DNA of 58,449 nt from Octopus sinensis (Eukaryota): contig NW_021834691.1 in the NCBI RefSeq assembly GCF_006345805.1, positions 1-58,449 of the forward strand, in the 5' to 3' direction. This document shows, piece by piece, positions 25,219-37,040 of the stretch (the stretch's first letter is position 1; each line of letters opens with the position of its first letter). A program made the translations under genes and the position numbers. The notes beneath the pieces are model-generated. The model searched no databases and had not been told where the DNA came from. It saw only the letters and a program-made list of their open reading frames with translations.

Positions 25219-26032
25219 TGAGAGAGAGAGAAATGAGGATGATGATTATGATGACGAAAAGTAGAATGAATGAGGATCATATTTTATAATCACTATAATT
25301 ATTTCGGCGCCGTTTTACAATCGTAGTATACAGATGAGATGCTGTATAATCATTATATTCCATTCAAGGAGTAAAATATGCCTCCTCCAGTGATTGTCTA
25401 TATCAATCCTTCGCTAGATTCTATCATTTCACTCGTTGCAACAATGCATATACAAAGCTGGGTGTAATTTCCAGCAGTTTACGCACATAACAAAACCCAT
25501 AGCTATAATTATAGATAAAATACAATTATAATCACAATACCAAATACAGAAATAACGAAATTGACCAAAAGCAAAGGTCAGGCGGATTATAAATTACAAT
25601 TCTGTCTTCGTGGTCAGATTATAAAGAAGAAAATGCAAAACAGTCTGAAGAATGAAATTAAGATTTTAGAGATAATGAAGTGATAAAGTGATTACGGAAG
25701 ATTTTTAGACTTACCACCTGTTTCTTTGTTAGAAGAATCTAAATTACCCTGGCTTTCGCGACAAAACAACTGGTTCTATTCTACACTGAAGTCAACCTCC
25801 ATTTAAAGTTAATTTATTATCGTCTAGCCTTTATATTAATGTTTGAAACAATTAGAAAAATCAGTTATGAGACATCTTTGCATTCACGTATACATACATA
25901 TTGCTTTATATAACTACCAATAAGGGTGTATATATCGTCTTCCATACAGACATTGACACACACATACATACACACGCACAAGCACCCACACACACACGCA
26001 TATATATATATATATTATATATATATATATAG

Positions 26033-26063
<31 letters not shown>

Positions 26064-26229
26064 TAATATATATATATATATACATATATTAATATCTACA
26101 TTGTGACTTGACATAATAAGCAAAAAATTTATCACACATTATATGCCGACAGCAATATGTAAACTGTTATATATATATTATATATATAATATATATATAA
26201 GATAGATAGATAGATATAGTTATATAGAT

Positions 26230-26335
26230 AGATACATATATAGTTGAAATTTACAGAAAAACCAAAGATGAAGACAGGTATATAAACAAAAAACAGGTGT
26301 ATTAGTTTAACGCCCTGGAATGTGAGAAAATCTGT
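26230..26335 (-). mobile_element. 3' part of the hammerhead-bearing pLTR-like repeat (hammerhead absent)
   Basis: Minus strand ttccagggcgttaaactaatacacctg...tcttcatctttggtttttctgtaaatttcaac matches the tail of 23905-23993. Confidence 0.65.
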
Positions 26336-26395
26336 ATATATAAGGTGAGACAATCTTTATATAATTTTTCCAACCTATATTAAAGATACATATAT

Positions 26396-26444
<49 letters not shown>

Positions 26445-26459
26445 TACTATATATATATA

Positions 26460-27541
26460 CAATAGAAATATGTTACAAAAAGAAAATTGAAACTACACGT
26501 GGAAATGTGAGGGGAAAGTACGAAGGAATATAAGCCAAAATTCACATTGGAAATCACAAAAAGTAAAGGCTTTTTTTGAAAAGTAATGCAAGATATATAC
26601 AATTAGATGAACTGTCGTAGGAATAAAAGTACTAAAAGTCATTATTGTGAATTGTGAAATTTAAAAGCATACCGGTTTCGTAAATTTACTAATCGTTGCT
26701 TTGAATGCACACCGATTAATGAATAGTGTCAAGTCTACTAGTGCCTGAGTAAAAGGATTATGTATAAGGGAGGTAAGTAGTTCTGGATTTGGTGCAATTA
26801 GGGTAGATATAGATCTGTAATGCGAATGGTGTATGGGATGTATGAGGGTTAGTGGTATTAAATGAAAGGTTAGTAATGTTCTGTATTATGTTATGTGTTC
26901 AAATAAGTTGGGGAATATATTTATTGATGAAAGTTGCCTCTTCATTCATTCTTTCTTGTTCTGTGAACATTGATAAACGGGGGAAATTAGGAAATTAGGA
27001 TTAAGATTCCTAGCACATCTTTCTATGTATTCACTATCTGTATTGTGGGTGGCGAATTTGTTCTTTGTGGTGAGTTGTTCTTCGACGGAGTGATATTCCT
27101 GTTTGGCCAAGGTAATTATTACGACACCCTAGGCATGTAATGGCATAGATTGGATTTTCCGAGGAACAGGTGAAATTTGATATGATCTTAAAGATTTCAC
27201 ATTATTTAAAGTGGAATTTTGAACCCTCCAAAAGGTGAGGGCATGTACCACAGTTAGGTCGCTGACACTTTTTCACTTTTAGTTCTGCTGTTAATAGATA
27301 TAGTCCTGCGCTGGTTAATATTTTCTTCTGTGATATAGGTTGGAATTTGCTTTTAGATAATTTTGTATGAGCTTACAATGTTCATTGTTTTGTACAATTT
27401 TGTTCATTATCTCCTGTAAGGTTGGGCAAGGTGTGGAGATGTATGGGAGAATTTTAAAGTGTGGTTTAGTATTTCGGTTGACTTCCCTTATAATTCGCAC
27501 ATCTATTTCCATAGCTCGTTTAATGCCATCATTTATTAATG

Positions 27542-27543
<2 letters not shown>
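26460..27543 (-). mobile_element. Penelope-like retroelement 3' remnant with GIY-YIG endonuclease
   Basis: Minus strand KCQRPNCGTCPHLLEGSKFHFK*...FTCSSENPIYAITCLGCRNNYLGQTGISLRRRTTHHKEQIRHPQYR (Cys motif plus GIY-YIG); upstream LINDGIKRAMEID...LPYIST linker. Confidence 0.9.
26664..26702 (-). ncRNA. decayed minimal type I hammerhead ribozyme in the Penelope 3' end
   Basis: AAAGCA ACGATTA GTAA AT TTAC GAAA C CG GTA TGCTTT: 6-bp stem I, 4-bp stem II, palindromic ACCGGT stem III; CUGAUGA box mutated. Confidence 0.65.
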
Positions 27544-27596
<53 letters not shown>

Positions 27597-27603
27597 TGTG
27601 TGC

Positions 27604-27637
<34 letters not shown>

Positions 27638-27640
<3 letters not shown>

Positions 27641-27805
27641 CGCAGGAGTGGCTGTGTGGTAAGTAGCTTGCTAACCAGCCACATGGTTCCGGGTTCAGTC
27701 CCACTGCGTGGCACCTTGGGCAAGTGTCTTCTGCTATAGGCCCGGGCCGACCAATGCCTTGTGAGTGGATTTGGTAGACGGAAACTGAAGCCTGTCGTAT
27801 ATACG

Positions 27806-27838
<33 letters not shown>

Positions 27839-28039
27839 CTGTGTGTTTCTGTGTCTGTGTTTGTCCCTCTAGCATTGCTTGTGTTTACGTCCCCGTTACT
27901 TAGCGGTTCGGCAAAAGAGACCGATAGAATAAGTACTGGGCTTACAAAGAATAAGTCATGGGGTCGATTTGCTCGACTAAGGCGGGGCTCCAGGATGGAC
28001 TCAGTCAAATGACTGAAACAAAAGTAAAAGCGGAAAAGA

Positions 28040-28041
<2 letters not shown>
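27638..28041 (+). mobile_element. SINE family B, full length
   Basis: Head, internal (AT)n and tail present. Confidence 0.9.
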
Positions 28042-28106
<65 letters not shown>

Positions 28107-28774
28107 ATTATATATATTATTATATATATAATATATATATAAATAGATGTGTGTATTTTTACCTTGTTAACATTTAACATGGAAAAAATAATAAATAGTT
28201 ACCAGGGTAGCAAAATATTTGATTTACACCTGCGTTAAACTCCATTTACTTATTTATCTATATACAGAATGGAGTGTAACACTCGAGATTCAGCAATCGT
28301 GATTTCACTTCCTAGACCGGAAGCTGTGTTGTGTTTTTAGAGCTAAACACTCAATCGTACACGGGTCTGCATGCACTTCGACAACTGACGCGTGGTAACT
28401 GCGCACCTATTCATAAAACATCGATTTGATGGACAGTGTAAGGTAACTTACAGCCTTTAGTTCTACACTAAGTGATTTATAGTGATTTATAGTGATTTAT
28501 GGTGATTTGTTGATCGCTATGAACAAATCATTTGCGCATGTCATTGTTCTGATCGCTCATACGTCATCTTCGGCGGCAGAGTCTATGGTATGTATATATG
28601 TGTACATAGTCTCACGATGGCTTATCTGGCGGAAATTTCGAAGTCACTGTCAACAGCATTCTCGTTTAAGATTAGTAAATTTGTTCTCTACAAAGGTATA
28701 GAGTAACCAATCAGGTTACTTTAAAATAGTGTTTAACACAACTGAATATAAAACACACACACACACACACACAC

Positions 28775-28909
28775 AGAAGAGTGGCTTACCAACCTCATGG
28801 ATCCAGTTTGAGTCCCAATGCGTGGCACATGGGTAAGTGTTTTCTACTGTATGCTCGGGCCGACCAACCCTTGTGAGTGGATTTTGTAGACGGAGACGAA
28901 AGAAGCCCG

Positions 28910-28954
<45 letters not shown>

Positions 28955-29160
28955 TGTGTGGTGTGGGTGGTGTGTGTGTGTGGTGTGTGTGTATATATAT
29001 GGCGCTCGTGTGTATACGTCTCCGTAACCTAGCAGTTCGGCAAAAGAGACGATAGAATAAGTCCTAGGCTTATCGATTCGCACGATTAAAGCCGATGCCC
29101 CAGCATGGTCGCAGTCAAATAAATGAAACAAGTAAAGAATGGAAAAGATAAGAATAAGAA
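28775..29160 (+). mobile_element. SINE family B, diverged
   Basis: gccgaccaacccttgtgagtggatttt...gaagcccgc(AT)n...cagcatggtcgcagtcaaat. Confidence 0.8.
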
Positions 29161-29184
29161 TATGGAGTATATTTATTACATATG

Positions 29185-29227
<43 letters not shown>

Positions 29228-29259
29228 TATATATAATATATATATATAATATATTTATA

Positions 29260-29292
<33 letters not shown>

Positions 29293-29314
29293 TAATATAT
29301 ATATATATATATAA

Positions 29315-29356
<42 letters not shown>

Positions 29357-29361
29357 TATAT

Positions 29362-29394
<33 letters not shown>

Positions 29395-29406
29395 CGCATA
29401 TATATA

Positions 29407-29630
29407 GAGGCGCAATGGCCTAGTGGTTAGGGCAGCGGACTCGCGGTCGCAGGATCGCGGTTTCGATTCTCAGACTGGGCGTTGTGTGTGTTTATTGAGC
29501 GAAAACACCTAAAAGCTCTACGAGGCTCCGGCAGGGGGTGTGATCCCTGCTGTACTCTTTCACCACAATGGCGGTGCCCCAGCATGGCCACAGCTCAAGA
29601 GCTGAAAAACTGGAAAAAACAAAACAAAAC
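29407..29630 (+). mobile_element. chimeric SINE: family C head joined to a family B-like tail
   Basis: Family C sequence runs to caccacaat, then ggcggtgccccagcatggccacagct...gaaaaactgg. Confidence 0.75.
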
Positions 29631-29734
29631 CAAAAAAACAAAATATTATTTAAAGGTATATATATATACATATATATGTATATATATACACATATATTTA
29701 AATGCATATATTTATACATATATATGTATAAATT

Positions 29735-29778
<44 letters not shown>

Positions 29779-30139
29779 CATACATTCATAAAGGCATATG
29801 CATATACACAATAATAAATATATATACATACCTGTATGTATAATTACGAGAAATTACATGTAACCCTTTGTTACGCTTCACCACGCTCTGTAATATACGC
29901 ACATTATATCAATGACTTACAATAGTTAGGTGTAGCAAACAACAAACCAGGATTCTTCATTTACCTGCGAACGTCATGCCATTTCCAATAAAATTATTTC
30001 AACCATTGAATCTATATTGACTCTTATATTGAATATTTAAATCATACATGATATTTGATGTCATATAGCAAAATAAATATAGTTTAGGATACGTCGATAT
30101 AATCACACACACCCCAAACCCTGTGCGCAGCACACTCTT

Positions 30140-30151
30140 TTCTCTAATATT

Positions 30152-30192
<41 letters not shown>

Positions 30193-30434
30193 ATATATAT
30201 ATATATACATGTATTTATATATATATATATATGTATGTATATATATATATATGTGTATATATACATGTGTGTATGTATATATATATACACATGTATGTAT
30301 GTATGTATGTAATGTGTGTGTGTGCAAACAGCATATATATATACATATATATATTGTATATAGAAGTGAATACATATGTATATGTATATGTATTATCTAT
30401 CTACATATATCTGTATATATATGCATATATGTAC

Positions 30435-30471
<37 letters not shown>

Positions 30472-31246
30472 TAGATAGATAAATATATATATATATATGT
30501 GTGTGTGTGTTAACTCATATACACTCGCATATAATATACATATCTGTACACAAACACACATATATGTGTGTATGCGTTACCGTGTGCTTGTATGCTATGT
30601 GTGTCTATTTACATATGCGTCTACGTGTACGTGTACGTGTACGCGTCTGTGTGCTAGTGTGTGTATATGCGTTTGATTACGTGCGTGTACGTGCTTCCAC
30701 ATAGCTGTTGCTTTCTAACCGTGTATGTGTTTGTATGTCTCTGATTTAAAAGTTACTTTATACCCATGTGAGCATCTGTGAGCATGCGTGTGCGTGTGGG
30801 AAGTCATCCTACCGCCTACAGGAGCTGCGTATGTGCCACGCTGTTTCTGTTTCTATCTCTGACGTTTTGAATTATTCAACGAAATATATTGCGCAAAATT
30901 TGCTTTCAATCTCAAATCACTTTCATTATATTCATAAAGGAGTTTGAAGAAGCGTAGGTGTTGAAAGAGATATGTCAGTAATAACGTTTCCAGCCTTTAT
31001 ATCATATATACTGTTACCATAAATCTATGTATATATGTATGGATGTTTGTATGTATATATGTATGTATATATGTATATATGTATGTATATATGTATGTAT
31101 GTATGTATGATGTATGTATGTATGTATGTATGTATGTATGTATGTTTGTTTGTATGTATGTCTGTATGTATATATATGTATGTTTGTATGTATGTATATA
31201 TGTATGTATGTCTATCGAAATGAGACTGGATATATGTGTATGTGTA

Positions 31247-31284
<38 letters not shown>

Positions 31285-31455
31285 GTGTGTGTGTGTTTGT
31301 GTGTGTGTGTATATATATATGTGTGTGTGTGTGTGGTGTGTGTATTTGTGTGTGTGTTTGTGTGTGTGCTGTGTGTGTGTGTGTGTGTGTTTTTGTGTGT
31401 GTTTATGTATGTACGTGCATGTGTGTTTCTGAACTGATTTATCTATGTCTCCCTA

Positions 31456-31488
<33 letters not shown>

Positions 31489-31490
31489 AT
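30140..31490. repeat. (AT)n, (GT)n, (ATGT)n microsatellite fields
   Basis: Seen directly, with a unique island at ~30700-31020. Confidence 0.85.
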
Positions 31491-32726
31491 TTCAACAATT
31501 GAGGGCAAAATAATTAATTATTAATCAATTTCACCAAGTGTTCAGTATGCAAAGGGACCATTCAAGGCGAATTCAAATTATTACATTATATAAAAGGGCT
31601 TAGTAAAATAAATTACTTTGCCGCATACGAACTCATTAGAAATAGCAGCTAAAAAAACTTTTTTAAGGCTATTTCTAATACTTAAAGAAAATCTCTCTCA
31701 TATATAGTGTTTGCAAATTAACTCACAAAAGTTTGGGGTAATGACATCGAAAAATCAAATGCTAAGGTTATTCGAGAACGTACGTTTCAAGATTAGTCAA
31801 ACAACATTTCTATCATCGGCTCGGAAATTCCTTGGTTTGGATTTGGAAACACTGAAAATAAGAACATACCCTCTCGAAGATCTGCCTCCCAACTAACAGT
31901 GCCAACAAATTCAAAATAAGCAAGCGAAGAATCTCTGTTCTCCCCTTTCCACCAGCGTGGGTTAAAATCATCAAACTCTATGCTTTTTCGGTAAAGTCCG
32001 AAGCATTAATCAGAGGGAGATTAATTATAATTTCAACAATTGAGGGCAAAATTAATTTATATTAATCAATTTCACCAAGTGTTCAGTATGCAAAGGGACC
32101 ATTCAAGGCGAATTCAAATTATTACATTATATAAAATTTCTAATGAGTCAGTATGCGGCAAAGTAATTATTTTACTAAGCCCTTTTATATAATGTAATAA
32201 TTTGAATTCGCCTTGAATGGTCCCTTTGCATACTGAACACTTGGTGAAATTGATTAATAATTAATTAATTTTGCCCCAATTGTTGAATTTATAATTAATC
32301 TCCCTCTGATTAATGCTTCGGACTTTACCGAAAAAAGCATAGAGTTTGATGATTTTAACCCACGCTGGTGGAAAGGGGAGAACAGAGATTCTTCGCTTGC
32401 TTATTTTGAATTTGGTGGCACTGTTAGTTGGGAGCAGATCTTCGAGAGGGTATGTTCTTATTTTCAGTGTTTCCAAATCCAAAAAGGAATTTCCGAGCCG
32501 ATGATAGAAATGTTGTTTTGACTAATCTTGAAACGTACGTTCTCGAAAACCTTTAGCATTTGATTTTTCGATGTCATTACCCCCAAACTTTTGTGAGTTA
32601 AATTATGCAAACACTATATATGAGAGAGATTTCTTTAAGTATTAGAAATAGCCTTAAAAAGTTTTTTAGCTGCTATTTCTAATGAGTTCAGTATGCGGCA
32701 AAGTAATTTATTTTACTAAGCCCTTT

Positions 32727-32735
<9 letters not shown>
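31485..32735. repeat. ~540-bp unit in partial tandem followed by an inverted copy (fold-back)
   Basis: Segment order a-b-c-a then b'-a'-c'-b'; inversion point near 32137; flanked by (AT)n on both sides. Confidence 0.9.
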
Positions 32736-32790
<55 letters not shown>

Positions 32791-33342
32791 GTATGTATTT
32801 ATATAAACGTCCGCATATATGCACTCATATATATAACAGAGATAACCTAAATGAAACAAAAGTATACAGTATCCTGTGCCGAATGAAATTATATACATTC
32901 GCACACCTACCTACCCACCCTTACATCTTTATATGTATGTACATGTACGTATAATCTCTCTAACAAGGCACCTCTATGCATTCAAACGTGTTCACTACAA
33001 TTATAGATAACGAGGTATTATCAAATGCCCAGTAAATATTCATATTTAGTTCATAAATTATTTATGGCTATGACATTAATGAAACAGTGAAATGATGTAG
33101 TAGAAGTGGGTGTGATCTTACATCGTAATAAGTCATTCCGTTGTGAAATTTCTGTTTCGAAGTATGTGTTTCTCATCAGCCGGTGTTAATAATTAAACTA
33201 CTTCATCTCTTAATGCAGTATGGATTTAGTCACATAATGGTAGGTATAATAGCTCCCTTTATGGTATATGTGACAAGACGGTATGTGTTCTATCTAACAA
33301 GGGGGAAAAGACCTTCCTACTGTTTTCTGTTAAATATTTATT

Positions 33343-33550
33343 ATTTTCTACTCTAGGGACAAAGCTCGAAATTTTGGGGGAAGGGGGCCAGTCGCTTAGA
33401 TCGACCTCAGTATGCAACTGGTACTTAATCTTTCGAAAGGATGAAAGGCAAAGCCGACCACGATGCAATGTAAACTCAGAACGTAAAGACAGACGAAATA
33501 CCGCTAAGCATTTCGCCCGGCTTGCTAAAGTTTCTGCCTGCTCGACACCT
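33343..33550 (-). mobile_element. SINE family A variant
   Basis: Family A head and core with the alternative 3' end, similar to 18605-18817. Confidence 0.8.
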
Positions 33551-33639
33551 TCCTTTAAATATTCATTAGCACTATATTCTGTCGGTGGACAGTCAGTGCT
33601 TTTATAAATGTAAACATTTCCTTTCTTAGTGAGAATCTT

Positions 33640-33830
33640 TTTATCTTTTATCGCTAGCCCGCGGCCATACTGGGGCACCGTCTTGAAGAATTTTTTGTCG
33701 AATGAATCGATCCCTGTACTTGCTTTTTAAGTCTGATACTTATTTCATTGATGTCTTTTGCCTTACCGTTAAGTTACGGGGAATGTGAATTCACCAACGA
33801 CGGTTATTAAGCTGTGATAGAAGACAATCA
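33640..33830 (-). mobile_element. SINE family B tail, diverged
   Basis: gcggccatactggggcaccg...tacttatttcattgatgtcttttgccttaccgttaag. Confidence 0.7.
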
Positions 33831-34016
33831 AAAACACAAAGAAACACATAGACATAGCGGTTCAGCAGAAAGGGAACAGTGGAACAAAGACCAGACCTTT
33901 TTTAAAAGAATGACTGTAGTAGATTTTTACGACTAAACCCCAGCATCACCAGCAATGAAAATGGTAAAAGACAAATGATGCCTATATTATAAGAATTTAT
34001 AATCTTCGAGTGACAG

Positions 34017-34335
34017 ATATATACGACGGGATTCTTTCAGTTTCCTTATATCAAAACCAATCAGAAGGCTTTGGTCGGCCCGGGGCTTCTGTAGAAGACA
34101 CTTGCCCAAATTGACACGCAGTGGGAATGAAACTAGAAACATTTGGTTTCCATGAAGTGGATGACATCGACCCCACTGCTGAACAGGTACTTATTTTATA
34201 GATTTAAGTCGAAGGCGTCCTCGGAATAAGTTGAATGCGAAACGTAAAGCCGAACGAAATGCCGGTAAAGATTTTGAACCTGGAAACCTATGGTTGAGAA
34301 GCAAGCGTTTTACCACACAGCCATTCCTGTGCCTA
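34017..34335 (-). mobile_element. SINE family B head interrupted by a family A fragment
   Basis: Family B at 34017-34150 and 34290-34335; family A-like insert at ~34155-34285. Confidence 0.65.
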
Positions 34336-34479
34336 GAGTAACGGAAATAACAGGGCAATGCGAAACATTGATAAATTGAAATGTTGGCGTATGATGAAAC
34401 TAACAACAGTAATGGGAAGGTCTGCAAATACAAGATGGGAGTTGAATAAGGAATTTGCTGAGGCGATGAGGAGAACTTT

Positions 34480-34518
34480 ACGAAGAGAGAGAGAGAGAGA
34501 GAGAGAGAAAGAAAGAGG

Positions 34519-34551
<33 letters not shown>

Positions 34552-34855
34552 TGTGTGTGTGTGTGTGGAGACAGAAGGGGGATAAAGAGAGGGAGATGAT
34601 GATGCAGATATGAAATGTTTACTAATTTTGATAACTAATGTACTTATACGACGATATTGGGCGAAAACGAAGAAGTATTCCGACTTCGCGCATTAAAATA
34701 ATTTATTTCGATAAAGTAACGTATCATATCATAGTCGTCGTCGTTGTCGTCGCCGTCATCATTATCATCATCAACGTCATCTTCATCATCCTCCTCCTCA
34801 TCATCATCATCATCACCACCACCAAAACCACCACCACCACCACCATTGCCATCAT

Positions 34856-34890
<35 letters not shown>

Positions 34891-34909
34891 TCATTAACAT
34901 CACCATCAT

Positions 34910-34942
<33 letters not shown>

Positions 34943-35110
34943 TATCGCCATCGTCGTCGTCGTCGTCATCGTCATCATCAATCATCGTCATCTTTATTAC
35001 TACCCTTATAACTATGATTATGATGACAATGATAATGATCATAATCATTTATATTATTATTATTATTGTTGTTGTTGCTGTCGTTGTTATTATTGTTTTT
35101 GTTATTAATT
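34480..35110. repeat. (GA)n, (CAT)n, (TAT)n microsatellites
   Basis: Seen directly. Confidence 0.9.
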
Positions 35111-35615
35111 ATTATTAATGCCATTGCTTTGTTTTCTACGAGCTTTTACAAGTCTCACCTGGAGACCTCAGGTAGCAGAAAGTCGGACGTTTTATTCTAG
35201 GTGTTGTTTATGATTAGTAGTCAATGATACATTTTACGAATCGGAGAACTAAGATGCTGTTAAATTCATAATATTTTAGCTTTGAGAGAGTTAAAAAAAA
35301 TAATGAGGTCTTTTCAGTGGACGCGACGAAAATTTTGACTCTGAATTATAATTGCTTAAGTGAAGTTAACAACCTCTATGTGTTTTTGAATGGGTGACAT
35401 GGGTCTTCCACTTGTATTGGTAATTAGTAACTTGAACCGCTATCATTCATGATTTCACTCCTGTAAATGGGTATCGGGTCGTACAAAGGATTATTCTGTC
35501 ATTGGGAGGACGTCCATCATAATTTGAAGTTTTTCCTGCCTTAAAATTGAAGTAGACCTCATAATTCCTCGTTCTGGCTATTACTCTTTTGTATTGTTGC
35601 TTAAAGAAACCTACG

Positions 35616-35746
35616 TACAGGGAGTGGCAAAAGACGTGTGTGGCAGAAAAAAAATCATCCATAGTTTTACACGACCAGTGCTGTGGCTCCAATGAAGTTA
35701 AGAAGATCGTATATAAAAATGAGATTAAAGGGCAACACACGGGTAC
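35616..35746 (+). repeat. ~130-bp interspersed repeat with Tc1/mariner-like end, copy 1
   Basis: Begins TACAGGGAGTGGCAAAA; second direct copy at 37851-37982. Confidence 0.7.
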
Positions 35747-35805
35747 ATATATATATATAAGTGTGTTTGACTTAGTGTTAAAATCTGGTGTGCAGTTCAA
35801 CAAAG

Positions 35806-35982
35806 GGTGATGCCGTAGTAGGAGGGTGAGAGGGGGTACTATGCTAATAGAAGTAAAGTTGAGCTAGGAGGTAAGAATGAACAGGAAGAAGGAGGAGGAG
35901 ATGATTCTTGGGGGAGCGGTGTAGCGGTTTATCGACGGGGAGACCAAAGGGGCTAAGAGTGAAAAAATGGGACAATAGGGTA
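35806..35982. repeat. left arm of diverged inverted repeat (partner 36851-37040)
   Basis: cttgggggagcggtgtagc and gggtactatgct match the reverse complement of the partner. Confidence 0.8.
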
Positions 35983-36138
35983 ACAAAGAGAAAACCGTGG
36001 AGAACTGACAAAATGGAAAATTGGGAAATTGAAGAAGGAACAACGGAAAAGGAAAAGAGAAAAAAGTATTAAAATTTTTTTTTATATATTTAAAAAATAT
36101 TAAACAATTGCAGCGTGGAAAGTGTTTATAAGCCATTT

Positions 36139-36521
36139 GGAGGCGCAATAGCCCAGTGGTTAGAGCAGCGGACTCGCGGTCATTGGATCGCAGTTTCGAT
36201 TCCCAGACCGGGCGTTGTGAGTGTTTATTGAGCGAAAACACCTAAAAGCTCCACGAGGCTCTGGCAAGGGGATGGTGGTGATCCCTGCTGTACTCTTTCA
36301 CCACAACTTTCTCTCACTCTTACTTCCTGTTTCTGTTGTACCTGTTTTTCAAAGGGCCAGCCTTGTCACTCTCTGTGTCACGCTGAATATCCTCGAGAAC
36401 TACGTTAAGGGTGCACGTGTCTGTGGAGTACTCAGCCACTTACACGTTAATTTCACGAGCAGGCTGTTCCGTTGATTCGGATCAACGGAACCCTCGTCGT
36501 CGTAACCGACGGAGTGCTTCC
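36139..36521 (+). mobile_element. SINE family C, full length with 11-bp TSD
   Basis: TSD ataagccattt at 36128-36138 and 36522-36532. Confidence 0.95.
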
Positions 36522-36850
36522 ATAAGCCATTTAAGAAACACAGAAAACCGTGAGATTCACTTCAACATTTAAATCTAATTTGTCAAAACATTTTCGTCGC
36601 TTTGAGACCGCGACCTGTTCACTGACAAATTTCCACGCTGCAATTGTTTTCGTTCCAGCACACGATCTCAGATCAGGTCACTTGCTATGCAAGTACATCT
36701 CCGTAAATAAAATATATTTAAACTATTTAAAGAAAAGCGATCTTAAAGATGACGAGAAACTCAGGTATTAATGTAAATATATTTATATGAACAGTGAGCA
36801 GTAATGAGGTCTTTGAAAATCCTCGTTTGAGAAAACCCCGAAAGTTTTTT

Positions 36851-37040
36851 GGCCCTATTCTACCATCTTTCACTCTTAGCCTTTGGTCTCCCCCATCGAT
36901 AAGCTGCTACACCGCTCCCCCAAGTACCACCTCGTCCTTCTACCGCGTCATTCTTTCCTTCTAGCTCATCTTTACTTCTTTCAGCATAGTACCCCGACTC
37001 TCGCTCTCCTACTATGGCGTCACCCAGTCACTCTGTACTT
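36851..37040. repeat. right arm of diverged inverted repeat
   Basis: Reverse complement aligns to 35806-35982. Confidence 0.8.

Noticed and set aside
31975-32015. Hammerhead-like ctgattaa...ccgaaa hairpin on the minus strand of the 540-bp unit
   Set aside because: Core is CUGAUUA, there is no GAAAC-GUH and no proper stem I; too degenerate
33259-33678. 139-aa minus ORF
   Set aside because: Reads through a SINE A copy
35447-35803. 118-aa minus ORF
   Set aside because: Overlaps the 130-bp interspersed repeat; no recognisable domain
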